A DNA stretch of 64,000 bases, from NCBI RefSeq assembly GCF_006345805.1, contig NC_043020.1, forward strand, positions 26,040,001 through 26,104,000. Reading direction: 5' to 3'. The first letter of the stretch is position 1; the number at the start of each line of letters is the position of its first letter. The position numbers were made by a program, and so were the translations under genes. Below the pieces are notes generated by a model. It ran no database searches and was not told the DNA's origin. It saw nothing but the letters and a program-made list of their open reading frames with translations. The stretch comes from Octopus sinensis. Its lineage: Eukaryota. Positions 28,433 through 41,825 of the stretch are shown one piece after another.

Positions 28433-29091
28433 CTTATATGTAAATACACACATATATATATTTATATCTTTCTCCTAGCCATTCGATGTTGAATATATAG
28501 AAATATATTATATATATATATATATATAATGGCAAGCTTTATGAAAATAACAAAAGACGAAGGCAGGTGGAGTACAAACAAATATAGTTTCTGTCTACAA
28601 ATCCAATCATAATGTTTTGATCAAGGCGAGGCTATAGAAGAAGGCACTTGTCTCAGGTGGCACTTGTCCTAAGTGCCAAGACTGAACCCGCAACCATATG
28701 GTTGCAAAACAAATAACTTACCACTTAGCCACGCCTACGCCTATGTGCAAACCTTAACAATAGCCCTCGTGGTCAATAGTGTACTCAATGTAGTTGAACA
28801 AAAACTATATCTGTTGTACGAATGTATTGATTGCGACCAACTACTCTTTCAGTAAATAATAAAAAAGTATATTTTAAATTCCAGACATGTTACCTCCAAA
28901 AATCAAAAACTGAATCTAGCGAAGAATGAATAAGAATGATGTGATGGTCATGTGTGATAGGTATTCCTTCATAATACTGCTGTAGTGTATTGCTGATTTG
29001 AGAGTCGGAGAGCTGGATACTTTCCAGCGTTTTCTCTGCAGCCAACTACTTACAAGCCCTCCACTGATGATAAAAATGAACTCGACCGCTC

Positions 29092-29414
29092 ACAAACGTT
29101 AAGTAAAAAAAAAATGGAAAAATAATCCAGAATCCTTGCCCGGTATTGCATCAGTCCCAAAACCTTATCAGTTCGTGCTAGTCATGATGTGAAACATGTC
29201 TGAAAGTGTCCTCCGAATCCATCTAGTGGTTCTTGAGATATCTCGTCCATGGACAAACAAACAGACACGACTGAAAACAATACCTCCACCTTAGCAAAGG
29301 CGGAGGTAATAATATTTGATGATAAAATGATAGGATCTCTGTAAAACAGGGAATGGCTAGGAGTAAGACTGGAATCAATGGTAAGAGATGGCTGAGAAAC
29401 ACTGCTTTTCAATG
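29092..29414 (+). repeat. Second copy of a ~330-bp segment (first copy 27415-27768) containing a hairpin-terminated repeat, possibly Helentron/HINE-like
   Basis: The two copies align along their length. Hairpin acctccacctt-agca-aaggcggaggt at 29282-29307 follows acaaacaaacagac. Confidence 0.7.
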
Positions 29415-29434
29415 ATTTATAATATATATACATA

Positions 29435-29596
29435 GGCGTAGAAGTGGCTGTGTGGTAAGTAGTTTGCTTACCAGCCACATGGTCCCGGTTTCAGTCCCAC
29501 TGCATGGCACTTTGGGCAAGTGTCTTCTACTATAGCTTCGGGTCGACCAAAGCCTTGTGAGTGGATTTGGTAGACGGAAACTGAAAGAATCCCGTC

Positions 29597-29681
<85 letters not shown>

Positions 29682-29883
29682 CTGCGTTTCTTCTCCCAAC
29701 ATCGCTTGACAACCGATGCTGGTGTGTTTACGTCCCCGTAACTTAGCGGTTCGGCAAAATATACCGATAGAATAAGTACTAGGCTTCCAAAGAATAAGTC
29801 CTGGGATCGATGTGCTCGACTAGAGGCGGTGCTCCAGCATGGTCATAGTCAAATGACTGAAACAAGTAAAAGAGTAAAAGAGA
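29435..29883 (+). mobile_element. SINE-B full length with expanded internal (TA)n
   Basis: Same consensus as 23679-24085. Confidence 0.88.
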
Positions 29884-31589
29884 TATGATCTACAATATTT
29901 CTGTTTATTCTTCAAAAAAACACCGACGTGTCAGAAATCTGTGGAATGAAAATATCAACAAAGAGAAAATGTTCAAAACAGAAAATGAAGACTGTCAAAA
30001 TTTTTGAATATTACAAACACAATTTGCTTGAAAGTAATATATTTATACAAAAATAGATTTATTAAATTAAAACGAAAATTTAAGAAACGGATGGCATTTT
30101 GAATATTGATAATTGGCTGTCAACATTTCGGTCTGGTCACCATTTTGTGTAGTCGACATTTTGTCGAGACGGCATTTTTACTTTGAAGGCAACTTTTCTG
30201 GAAATGTCAATTTCAGCAATTTCTCAAGTCATGAGTATTACACTTTCTCCGATGACTATTATATACCCCACACAATCTTAACATCGCACACACATACACT
30301 TGGAGGCACATGGCCTAGTGTTTAGCGCAGCGGAATCGCGGTCGAAGAATCGTGGGTTCGAATCTCAGACCGGACGATGTGTGTGTTTATGAGTGAAGCA
30401 CCTAAGCTCCACGCGGCTCCGGAAGAAGGTAATGGCGAAGCTTCTGCTGACTTTCTCTCAATCTTACCTCCTGCATCTTGCAGCTCACCTGCGATGGACC
30501 GGCGTCCCATCATGATGGGGAACCTATAGGCCGAGGAAACCGGGGAAACTGGCCGTTATGAGCCAGGCATGGCTCGAGAAGAAACAAACGACACACATAC
30601 ACTCACACATGTGCGCATACACAGACTGGCAGGCAAACAGCCAGCTATTAATAGCTGTTGAAATTTAACATCAACTTTGAAAAGTTCACTAGTCACAGAA
30701 AGCCTTTAAACATCCCTTCCCTTATATAAACCATTAAAAATCCCAAAAGTGTTTTAGTAGTCCTAATACTTCTTTATGTAGCATACTTCTATAAAGAAGC
30801 GCAGAAATATCAGTGTTAAGAATAAACACATGATTTAAAATTGCAGGGTTTGAAATATTCTAAATATCAAACAGAGAAATATTCTCTCTGTGGAAATAGC
30901 CTTTGCCATATTTAGTAACAGATTTATCACAGAATAGTCACCTACACGAAATTATCGCTGCATGCCCTGCGAAAATGAAACTTAATAACAACAACAATTA
31001 CAACAGCAAAAACAACAACGACAACAACAACAATAATAATAATGATAATTTCTTTATTAGCTATGGAAGGCTTACACGTAGGAAAATATTAAGGGTAACA
31101 CAAGACGACACAAGTATGGGTTTTAGCGCCTAAAAAACGTCACATAACAAATCAAACCCTAATAAAGTGAATTCTGCAATGGGCAAGAACTTCCGAGGAT
31201 CTTTGGCCGAACCGCTAAGTTACGGGGACGTAAACACAGCAGCATCGGTTGTCAAGCAATGTCGGGGGAACAAACACACGTACGGATATACGACGGGCTT
31301 CTTTCATTCTCCGTCTACCTAATCCACTCACAAGGCTTTGGCCGGCTCAAGGTGCCACGCAGTAGGACTGAACCCAGAACCATGCGGTTGGTAGGCGAGC
31401 TACTTACCACACAGTCACACTTACGCCTGTATATTTTTCAGAGAGTCGTATGCCACTCTATCGAGATATTGATCGTAATTTTGATAGACCGTATCCGCAA
31501 ATAAAGAGACAAGCATTTCAGAAATAATCACAACTCTATAACTTTTTGTAAATGATTAAAAATGTAGCAACTGCTGAAACAATAACTAC

Positions 31590-31620
31590 AAAGAACAACA
31601 GCATCAACAACAACAACATC

Positions 31621-31681
<61 letters not shown>

Positions 31682-31757
31682 GTAATGATGATAATAATAA
31701 TATAGTAATAATAATAATAATAGTAATAATAATAATAATCCTAATAATAATAATAGC

Positions 31758-31788
<31 letters not shown>

Positions 31789-31831
31789 GTAAAAATAATA
31801 ATAGTAATAATAATAATAATAATGATAATAA

Positions 31832-31921
<90 letters not shown>

Positions 31922-31925
31922 GTAA
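31590..31925. repeat. (AAT)n array
   Basis: Directly visible. Confidence 0.97.
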
Positions 31926-32268
31926 TACTTTTAGCATTTTGGTTCGCGATTTTTTTGGTGACTGGAGTAATCTTGTGGATTATTATTTCATTAGAAATGA
32001 ATTTTGAGATCAGAAAGAATAATAAATGATAAGTAGAATCGTTTTGAGAGCTCGTCTGCATTGTTTTTTAATTCTCGTTTTACTGCTTGTTGGTTGTTAA
32101 TAAATGTTACAAGAGGTTATAGAGAAGTTTAGTATTAACGGAAGCAAAATGATAGAACATAACTGAAATGAAAAAAGAAAATGACTGAAATTATAACAAC
32201 GAGTGATTACTCTTCAAGTTTTAGCGATGAGATTTTTTTTACAAAGTGAAAGAAACTCACGCTCACAT

Positions 32269-32302
<34 letters not shown>

Positions 32303-32484
32303 GCACACGCACATACATACACACACACAGTCACGACGAACTTTAAGCTTTCTTCTACCAGATTCATTCACAAAGATTCAGTCGACCCGATTCTATAGAA
32401 GACCTCTGCTGAAGGTGCCACGCAGTGAGATTGAACCTGGATCTCCAGCACACCTAAGCCAGCGCCTATATCTCTATACTTACA

Positions 32485-32527
<43 letters not shown>

Positions 32528-32529
<2 letters not shown>

Positions 32530-32739
32530 CGGGAAGCTTTACGAAAATAAACAAAGGACGAAGGCAGGTGGAGTGCAAACAAACGATTGTATAAGTATGG
32601 CGCTCAGGAATATAAATAAAACAAGTCTTTTACGTTTCGAACCAAAGCTCTTCAACAGAAAGATACACAGAAAAGAAACACGGACAGAAACAAGGAGAGA
32701 AAAAAATTCGTGCAGAAGCTAGCGATTCAACATGGCGAA

Positions 32740-32745
<6 letters not shown>
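32528..32745 (-). mobile_element. (TA)n-flanked Penelope-like fragment with a variant minimal hammerhead motif at 32626-32663
   Basis: Flanked by (TA)n on both sides. Minus strand reads UCUUU CUGUUGA A GAGC-UUUG-GUUC GAA AC GU A / AAAGA. Related pieces (gaaggcaggtggag) occur at 28508-28580 and, more weakly, 14780-14860 and 62775-62810. Confidence 0.45.
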
Positions 32746-32796
<51 letters not shown>

Positions 32797-33021
32797 CATT
32801 GCCACCCCATAATAGCACTGGAATCCGAAACTTCTAACCGTTGTTACTTAAAATCTCATATTGCAGACTTTTCAATAACACTCACCGACGAAAAAACGGA
32901 CTTGCGTTCTCTTTCACGTTATTTATTTTTCCTAACTCTCTTACACACATACATTCACACATTATATATTATACATACATACCTACATACACACATACAT
33001 ACATACATATGTATATATATA

Positions 33022-33060
<39 letters not shown>

Positions 33061-33606
33061 CATACATATACATATACATATGTATACGCAGATGTCCGTA
33101 AGCATGGAAGAATGAATTGATGCGTCTTTTCCTGTGTGCGTAGGTATTTGATATGTGTATTTATGCTGGTATCAAATTTTACAAACGTGTGCGGGCGTGC
33201 TTTCAAGTATGTGAGTATGTATGTGTGTTTGTGTGCGAGTGTGTGTACGCGTGTTTCGACTTCATACGTATATTTACATCTATGTTAATGTATAGTCATA
33301 CAAGTAGTGACAGAAACAGATTTATATAGAGTGAAAGGCACAAAGAGAAAGTGAGAGAGAGAGAGAGAACGGGAGAGAGAGAGAGAGAGAGAAAGGGAGA
33401 GACAAAATGAGACATAATGGTAAAAAAGAATGTGTGAGAATGTTTTTTAGGACTGATCTACAGAATAAAAGTTATGCAATTTTAAAATCAGCATATATTC
33501 TTCCATATTTGTACACAAAAAACAAAACATAAACGTTTGTATGATCACACATATACATACATACACATATATAAATATAAATATAAATATATATATATAT
33601 GTATAA

Positions 33607-33646
<40 letters not shown>

Positions 33647-33720
33647 TATATTGGTAAAACGGTATATATATATATATATATTGGTAAAACGGTATATATA
33701 TATATATATATAATATATAT

Positions 33721-33755
<35 letters not shown>

Positions 33756-33765
33756 GGTAAAACGG

Positions 33766-33804
<39 letters not shown>

Positions 33805-34133
33805 CAGACACATATACAGTCTCTCTCTCGTCCTTACATATACGCACACAAACAAATAAATATATTTACAGGTAGAGACAGGTTCTCCTGTTTCTACATC
33901 TATATATACACAAGAAAAAACATAAATACAGAGCGATATTGTGTATTAATGGGCGAGAATATAAAACTGCAAGTAGATTTTCCAGAAAATATTTTGGCCG
34001 CCATTGCGCAAAAACTGTTTAAGTTTCGTGTCAGCAAATTTGTCAAAGTTAATTTTTTAACATTGTATCTATGGATACAGACATACGACTACATAAGCAA
34101 ATAATATTTATAATGGCAACTATAGTAGTTATT

Positions 34134-34178
<45 letters not shown>

Positions 34179-34254
34179 GTAGTAGTAGTTATTGTGATTT
34201 TTATATAATTCATACAATATATGATAAATAATAATATTCTCTTCTACTCTAGTT

Positions 34255-35010
34255 ACAAGACCCGAAATTTTTTAAGGAAGGGCGCCAGTCGATGAGATCG
34301 ATCCCAGTACGCAACAGGTACTTAACTTATCAACACTAAAATGATGAGAGGCAAAGTCGACCTCCGCGGAATTTGAACTCAGAACGTAAAGACAGTCGAA
34401 ATACCACTAAGCATTTCGCTCGGTGTGCTAACGTTTCTTAAGGGGCTAAACACAGAGGGGACAAACAAAGACAAATAAAAGGATTAAGTCGATTACATCG
34501 ACTCCAGTGCGTAACTGGTACTTAATTATCGACCCCGAAAAGATGAAAGTCAAAGTCAACCTCGGCGGAATTTGAACTCAGAACGTAGCGGCAGACGAAA
34601 CACCTATTTCTGTACTATCCACAAGGTGCTAAACACAGAGGAGATAAACAAGGACAGACAGACGGATTAAGTCGATTATATCTACCCCAGTGCGTAACTG
34701 GTACTTAATTTATCAACCCTGAAAGGATAAAAGACAAAGTCGACCTCGGCGGAATTTGAACTCGATATAATCGACTTTATCCCTTTGTCTGTCCTTGTTT
34801 GTCCCCTCTGTGTTTAGCCCCTTGTGGGAAATAAAGACATAAGAAACGTTAGCACGCCGGTGATTAAAGCATAGCGATATTTCGTCAACCGCTACATTCT
34901 GAGTTCAAATTCACGCCCATTCCTGGTCGATAAATGAAGTACTAATTGCGTACTAGGGTCGGTCTAATCGACTAGTCCCTCCCCTAAGATTTCTGGCCTT
35001 GTGCCTAGAG
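34255..35010. mobile_element. SINE-A cluster: minus-strand trimer joined to plus-strand units at ~34764
   Basis: ..aaagtcgacctcggcggaatttgaactc (minus) is followed directly by gatataatcgactttatccctttgtctgtcc (plus). Confidence 0.85.
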
Positions 35011-35941
35011 TAGAAAAGATTAATGTGCCCGAACTGGTAATTATTTTACCGAGCTCGAAACGATGAATGTGTAAGTTGACTTCGACGGAATTTAAATTCA
35101 GAGAGTAAAAAATACTTAAATATCGCTGATATCTATTAGCGCATTTTGCCAGCGCGTTAATAGATATCATATTAAATAATTTTAAAAAATGATACTTTGC
35201 CATTTACCCCTTAAAAGACCATTTCCATTATTTTAGGGTAAGAAAACATTGTAACTTATTTATTGTCTTTGAAGTTGAATTTTACGATTATCTTTGAAGT
35301 GTTATGTGCAAATATACACACAGAACGATGATGAGGAAGATGAGGATGACAGTCATAAAATGATGATGATGATGATGAAGTTTGCAATAAAAATGGTTTC
35401 AAATTTTGGCTCAGGTCCAGAAAGTTTGCGGGTAGAAGACTAAGTCGATTACACCGATTCCAGAGCTCAACCGGTGTTAATTTTATTGACCCCGAAACGA
35501 AATAAAAGTCGATGTCGGCAAGGTATTAAAACTAATAATACTTCTAACATTATTACTTTTTCTATCATTATCCACCTTGCAGATGGATGGAGCCAAGTTA
35601 CAATTATTTTCAGGTTGAGCAGTTCATCGTGCTCAAACGGTCCTTGAATAAGAGTTGTTTAAGGTTGTTGAACGAAACCCCTAGATTGCCAGAGTTGAAA
35701 TTATTCAAACTCCAAAGAATTCCACACAACTATGATGCTCCCCTATTACTTCTGCTCGTGATCAGAGATGCACATATCGTCAGGCACAATGGGACATGCT
35801 TAACTGGTTAAGGTCAAGCAGTTGACAAGCACTGTTGACTTAACTCCTTTTTATGACTATTATTCGACAAGTATCTATGCCAAATTCCATGCCTGTAACT
35901 TTGCTGAAGAGTCTCACACTATGTATGCATGTATGTATGTA

Positions 35942-35980
<39 letters not shown>

Positions 35981-36002
35981 GCAGTAGTAGTGGTGGTGGT
36001 AA

Positions 36003-36041
<39 letters not shown>

Positions 36042-36127
36042 AAGTAGTACTAGTTGTTGTTGTTGTCATATTAGTAATAATAATAATAATTATAATAGTA
36101 ACGATAATGATGATGATGATGATGATT

Positions 36128-37600
36128 AATAGATTAATACTTAAAACAGACCTCAATGCAAAAAACAAAATAACAGGTATTAATCCTTTAGTTGTCCCAG
36201 TTATAAGTTACACTTACAACATTCTTAATTGGACAATAAATGAATTGACCAATCTAGAGAGGAAAACAAGAAAAATGATGACGGAATTTAAAATACACCA
36301 CCCAAAATCTGAGAGACGAAGGTTCTATATACAACGAATTGAAGGTCGTAGGGACCTTGTATATATCAGAAACTAGTATGAAATAACTGCGATAGAATTC
36401 CCGAAATATCTAACTCAGAACCATGGAAAACTCGTACAGATAGCCACAAAACATGAGTAAAAACAAAAATACTGTTTTCTGTCTTTAATACTCTTTTACT
36501 CTTTTACTTATTTCAGTCATTTGACTGCGGCCATTCTGGAGCACCACCTTTAGTCGAGCAACTCGACCCCGGGACTTATTCTTTCTAAGCCCAGTACTTA
36601 TTCTATCGGTCTCATTTTGCCGAACCGCTAAGTGACGGGGACATAAGCATACCAGCATCGGTTGTCAAATAATGCTAGGGGGACAAACACAGACACACAC
36701 ACATATATATATATATACATATATACGACGGGCTTCTTTCAGTTTCCGTCTACCAAATCCACTCACAAGGCTTTGGTCCGCCCGAGGCTATAGTAGAAGA
36801 CACTTGCCCAAGACGCCACGCAGTGGGACTGAACCCGGAACCATGTGGTTGGTAAGCAAGCTACTTACCACACAGCCACTCCTGCGCCTAATAATGTCGA
36901 AAACAACAAGAAGGATGCCATAGCACTTGATAACTATGAAGAAAAAGAGCAAACAACACCAGCAGTAAAGCAACAGAAATCTAAGCTAAAGTTGGAACGA
37001 CTAAATACCAAGAAAATGAGATGGTTAGAAAAGCCATTACATGGCAAATACTGAGATAAACTAAACAGAAAAGAAACAGGCAATGTAAAACCCCAACAAA
37101 GGTTGAGAAGCTCGGGACTCAAAGCAGAGAGTGAAAGATTTTTAATTGCGGCCCAAAATAAAAGCCTCTCCTCCAGAAAATGCCAGAACCACAAAATGAA
37201 GAAAGACAGAATAAGCAACTGCAGAATATGTGGTGATGAGTAAGAAATATAAATGATATTTTCTCTGGCTCCCCAGTCCTGGCTAAAGAGGAATATGTCC
37301 AGAGACATGACAGAGTTGTAACCTATATACAATGGATTCCCTGCCACTACTATTGGAAGGACAAAGGTAAAAATATGGTATAGACATGTCCCTGAAAATA
37401 TCTCAGAAATAACAAAGCAATCTTAACCCAGGATATGTCGATATATACGAATAGAAAGATGAAGGTTAATAAACGAAATATAGTTTTCGGATGTGATCAA
37501 GAAAAATAGGACTTCTAATCGGCATATCAATCCTGACGGATGAAAATGTATCTCTAAAGAAACGGAGAAACCTTCAACATGCAGAGAACTCGAAATAGAG
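36128..37600 (+). mobile_element. Decayed R4-like LINE, interrupted by SINE-B at 36489-36888
   Basis: ILKTDLNAKNKITGINPLVVPVISYTYNILNWTINELTNLERKTRKMM..HHPKS, then RWLEKPLHGKY..SGLKAESERFLIAAQ..NCRICG..YVQRHDRV. The 5' junction lies at an (AAT)/(GAT)n tract. Confidence 0.75.
36489..36888 (-). mobile_element. SINE-B full length, inserted in an R4-like LINE
   Basis: Reverse complement of the SINE-B consensus. The LINE reading resumes on the other side. Confidence 0.88.
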
Positions 37601-37987
37601 ACAACCGAGTAGCTAAAAGTGAAGTAAAAGACATAATCCCGATTATCGTTTGTTCAGTACTAAGGGTTGACAGCGATAACGTGTGCTCGGGTCGTATTTT
37701 TCTTACAGGGAGTCAAGTAAAAAATCTATGAGATACAACACAACTCATTGAGCTTCAAGAATAGAGATGTTGTTTAAGGAACCGCAAGGTAAGCTGAAGG
37801 ACAAAGTGTAGGTTATAATAAAACAGCAAAAATTCGACACACGTAAAAATATGTTACAAGCTGAATGTCAGTCACGAAATGGAATCCACAATCCATGAAG
37901 TCTGTGTTCCTTGATGGTTTAAATCCTTGGTAAATATCAAGGAATTGTCAAGAAGACGAGCTTTGGATACACACACAGTAGAGATGA

Positions 37988-38379
37988 GGTGGATGGAAGC
38001 ACTCCGTCGGTTACGACGATGAGGGCTCCGGTTGATCCGAATCAACGGAACAGCCTGCTCGTGAAATTAACGTGTAAGTGGCTGAGCACTCCACAGACAT
38101 GTGCACCCTTAACGTAGTTCTCGGGGATATTCAGCGTGACACAGAGAGTGACAAGGCCGGCCCTCTGAAATACAGGTACAACAGAAACAGGAAGTAAGTG
38201 TGAGAGAAAGTTGTGGTAAAAGAGTACAGTAGGGATCACCACCATCACCTGCCGGAGTCTCGTGGAGCTTTTAGGTGTTTTCGCTCAATAAACACACAGA
38301 ACGCCCGGTCTGGGAATCGAAACCGCGATCCTATGACCGTGAGTCCGCTGCTCTAACCACTGGGCCATTACGCCTCAAC
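37988..38379 (-). mobile_element. SINE-C with a different 3' half and an 8-bp TSD
   Basis: Same head as 59941 on the minus strand. TSD agagatga at 37980-37987 and 38380-38387. Confidence 0.85.
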
Positions 38380-38688
38380 AGAGATGACGTGAAGTTATAT
38401 CAAACCCAAAAGTGAGCCACACTTCATAACAAGGCACTTTAAATTAATATTAAGCAAAGCCAAAATTCGATCCATGAGTTGGATGACGTCACAGTTCGCC
38501 TAAATCCCGGAATATTCAAGGATAAATTCAGAAAGTTCTGTACACGGTAGGAAATGGACGTTTAAGGTGGTCAAGATCATAGATTGTTCAGCACTAAACA
38601 GAAGTTGGGTTCTTTCCCAAATCAGGAAAGATATTTGTGTTTATTTTGGCTTTGTGCTTGCAAATTCTATAATATGCATATATATATA

Positions 38689-38721
<33 letters not shown>

Positions 38722-38892
38722 CGTCTGTGCGTGTTTTTGTGTACGTGTGTATATATATATATGTATGTGTGTAAATACACACATACGTATACATTCTCAA
38801 CCACAAATCATTTTTAACCCACTTCTACTTATGGGACCTCGTGGCCAGTAAATAAAGGATTATTACTATTATTATTATTATTGTTATTATTA

Positions 38893-38929
<37 letters not shown>

Positions 38930-39224
38930 GCAGTATTAGTATTAGAAGTAGTAGTAAGAGGAGGAGGAGGAGGAAGAGAATGAAGTTGAGAATGAGGAGG
39001 AGGTGGAGGAGGAGGTGGAGGAGAAGGAGTATAAAAGTAGTATTTCCATTATTATTATTACTATTATTAAGGTTGTTGCTGTTATTATTATTATTATTAT
39101 TGTTATTGTTGTTATTGTTGTTATTATTGTAAGTAGTAGTAGTAGTAGTAGTAGAATGGGGAGGAGAAGGAGGAAGAAGAGGAGCAGAAGGAGTAGTATT
39201 AATATTTCCATTACTGTTATTACT

Positions 39225-39272
<48 letters not shown>

Positions 39273-39480
39273 ATTATTATTATTATCATTATTATTACAA
39301 TATTATTATTATTATTATTATTATATTTTATTATTATTATTATTATTATTATTATATGTGTGTTGTTGTTATTAATATTATTATTACAATATCATTATTA
39401 CTTCTAACTAATACTACTACTATAGTTTCTACGATTGATATTATTATTACAATTGTTATTATTATATTTTATTATTATTA

Positions 39481-39520
<40 letters not shown>

Positions 39521-39616
39521 GTGTTGTTGTTATTAATATTATTATTACAATATCATTATTACTTCTAACTAATACTACTACTACTAGTATTTCTACGATT
39601 GATATTATTATTACAA

Positions 39617-39660
<44 letters not shown>

Positions 39661-39915
39661 ATTATTATTATTATTATTATTATTCCTTCCGACGCCGATA
39701 GACGTACGTGAATCAGCTCCGTGAATTTGACACCAATTTCATTGGAAATCTATTAATAGGTTTGAATATTTTTTAATATTTTTGTAGCCAAACCGACCGG
39801 CTTCTTGCGGAGCTCGTCGGTTGGGCGAAATTTTGCCCCATTCGGGGTGAAATTGCGTTTGAAAACTTTGAACATTTGACATTTTTCAACATTTTGAATA
39901 TTACAACAAAAAAAA

Positions 39916-40932
39916 ATGGCTATGAAGCGAACAGTTGGCTGTTCCTTCCTTCAAGATACACTCCCTCCGCAAACACACACAACTCGTACAAAACACCCAC
40001 TTCACGCCTTAAAAGGCAACAAAGATTCTCCTTCCGAACCGCAGAGCACGCGCTCGGTTCAAAAGGAAAATGCAAGTCATGACGTCGCGTTCGACGTAAT
40101 TCTTGATTTTCCCCCTCTGCCTTCACCCAATGCTTTGGTAAGGAAGGAGGAGGGAGAAAAAACAAATACAAAATCATCACAAACATTGAACGGAGAAAAA
40201 GAAAAAACTTCCAACAATTTTGCTTCTGCTGCGAAGCAAATTTCGGAGGAAGTTAGATAACTCTAGAAGATGTGAAAAGAGCGAAGGAATTGTTAAGGAA
40301 GGATGGCAATGGTATCTTCCTCAATACTCCACAAGAGGTGATTGAAAGCACCAACAAGCAAACAATAATTTACAAAGTTTTCGACAGAAAATAAAAAGAA
40401 TAACAAATGCCACACCCCAACAGTTGGAGATAGCTCTAAAGCCCATTTGGGCCAAAAGAGCTACGTAACCAAGGGGAAGCGTTTTGGAACCGTGGAGGTT
40501 CGCTTCCCAACAGAGGAGCTGGCAGGGCGAACGCCATTTCGCCCTTGCAAACTGAGAATTTGTTACTAATTCCAACCCACCTCGGGCGAAGAGTGACAAA
40601 AATAAAAATCGACCTCGTCCCCCCTGAACTAAATATGTCATGGCTGGTGGCAGCTGTCCTCTATGATATAGAGGACACTACCACCATTCTAGATGTCAGG
40701 AGAGTGAGGGCGAAAAACTGGTTGGGGATGGGAGTGCTGCTTCTTGCGCAAATTCAGCAAGAGAATATAAGTAAAGTCCCTGATTTCGTAAGTTTGCCGG
40801 ACGGCACCAGGCTAAACGTTGCTGTGGAGGGGCGAAAGCCAAAATGTTTTCTCTGCAGCAGCGAAAGCCACTTAAAGAGGGACTGTCCCATTCACAAAAA
40901 GAGGATGGAGGCTTTCAGCAAGAGGCAGCAGC

Positions 40933-40972
<40 letters not shown>

Positions 40973-41544
40973 CAAGCAACAACAACAGAAACAACAAAAA
41001 CAGCAAGAAACACCAAAGGCTGCCACACACCAACACCATCACCAACACCAGCACCAAGACGAGCAACACCACCTCCAACAACAACAACCACCACCAAACC
41101 AACACGACAACCACCACCAAACCAACACCGACACCAGTACCTCGAAGGTCGACAGCAGCGACATCAACAGTAACAGGAGCAGCGGCACCACCGATACCGG
41201 TGGAACCAGAAACTTTTCGTCCTGCTACTGAAGCAGACCCCTCAACCATTCCTTTGCCGGAGGAAGAGATCTCGGATTGTGCGAGCTCCGATTCCAACAA
41301 AGGAGAATGGAACATAGTACCTCCAAAAAGAAAAGGAGGAAAAAACAAAAAGATTTACAGGGGAAGCACGAACAAACAGTTCTTCCCAACATCAACAACA
41401 ACATCACAACAACACACACTCACAACAACACAACAACAACAAACTTTCGACACCACTACTGCCACTACCACAGACACAAACAAACACAGACACAATTACA
41501 GACACGATTACAGCAGTGAATACAAGAAACCAGGAACTGGTTGA
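39916..41544 (+). pseudogene. LINE ORF1 (gag-like nucleic-acid chaperone), frameshifted; CX2CX4HX4C zinc knuckle, poly-Q and T/Q-rich tail
   Basis: ATG at 39916. The reading can be continued across single-base shifts (..FASAAKQ / ITLEDVKRAKELLRKDG..IYKVFDRK / ITNATPQQLEIALKPIW / SYVTKGKRFGTVEVRFPTEE / LQTENLLLIPTHLGRRVTKIKI..) to KCFLCSSESHLKRDCP near 40840-40890. The true stop is uncertain (41231, 41544 or 41787). Confidence 0.75.
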
Positions 41545-41825
41545 GTTTTGAAAAACAAAACAAGCACAAACATTACAGATTTCATAATACCTACACACAA
41601 CACACCACCAGCACACATTCTCACAATTAAAATAAACAAAACAGTTTACAACGAAATAAAACAAATATTCCCTAACGATGTGGGATCGTTAGGGAAAAGT
41701 TTCTCTCAGAAACTTTACAAAAATATTATTGAAGCACCCGTGCAAAAGCACAAGGGAGCCACCCCCACCACCAACAACAGTAAGTAGAGCCTTTTTTCTC
41801 CTTTTTTTTCCCTAAGTTTTGAAAC

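Noticed and set aside
37709-37789. Plus-strand segment with strong acceptor and AAG|gtaagc donor
   Set aside because: Stops in all frames, and it lies in what looks like very decayed LINE RT sequence (SRDDVKLY across the SINE-C site), too weak to annotate.
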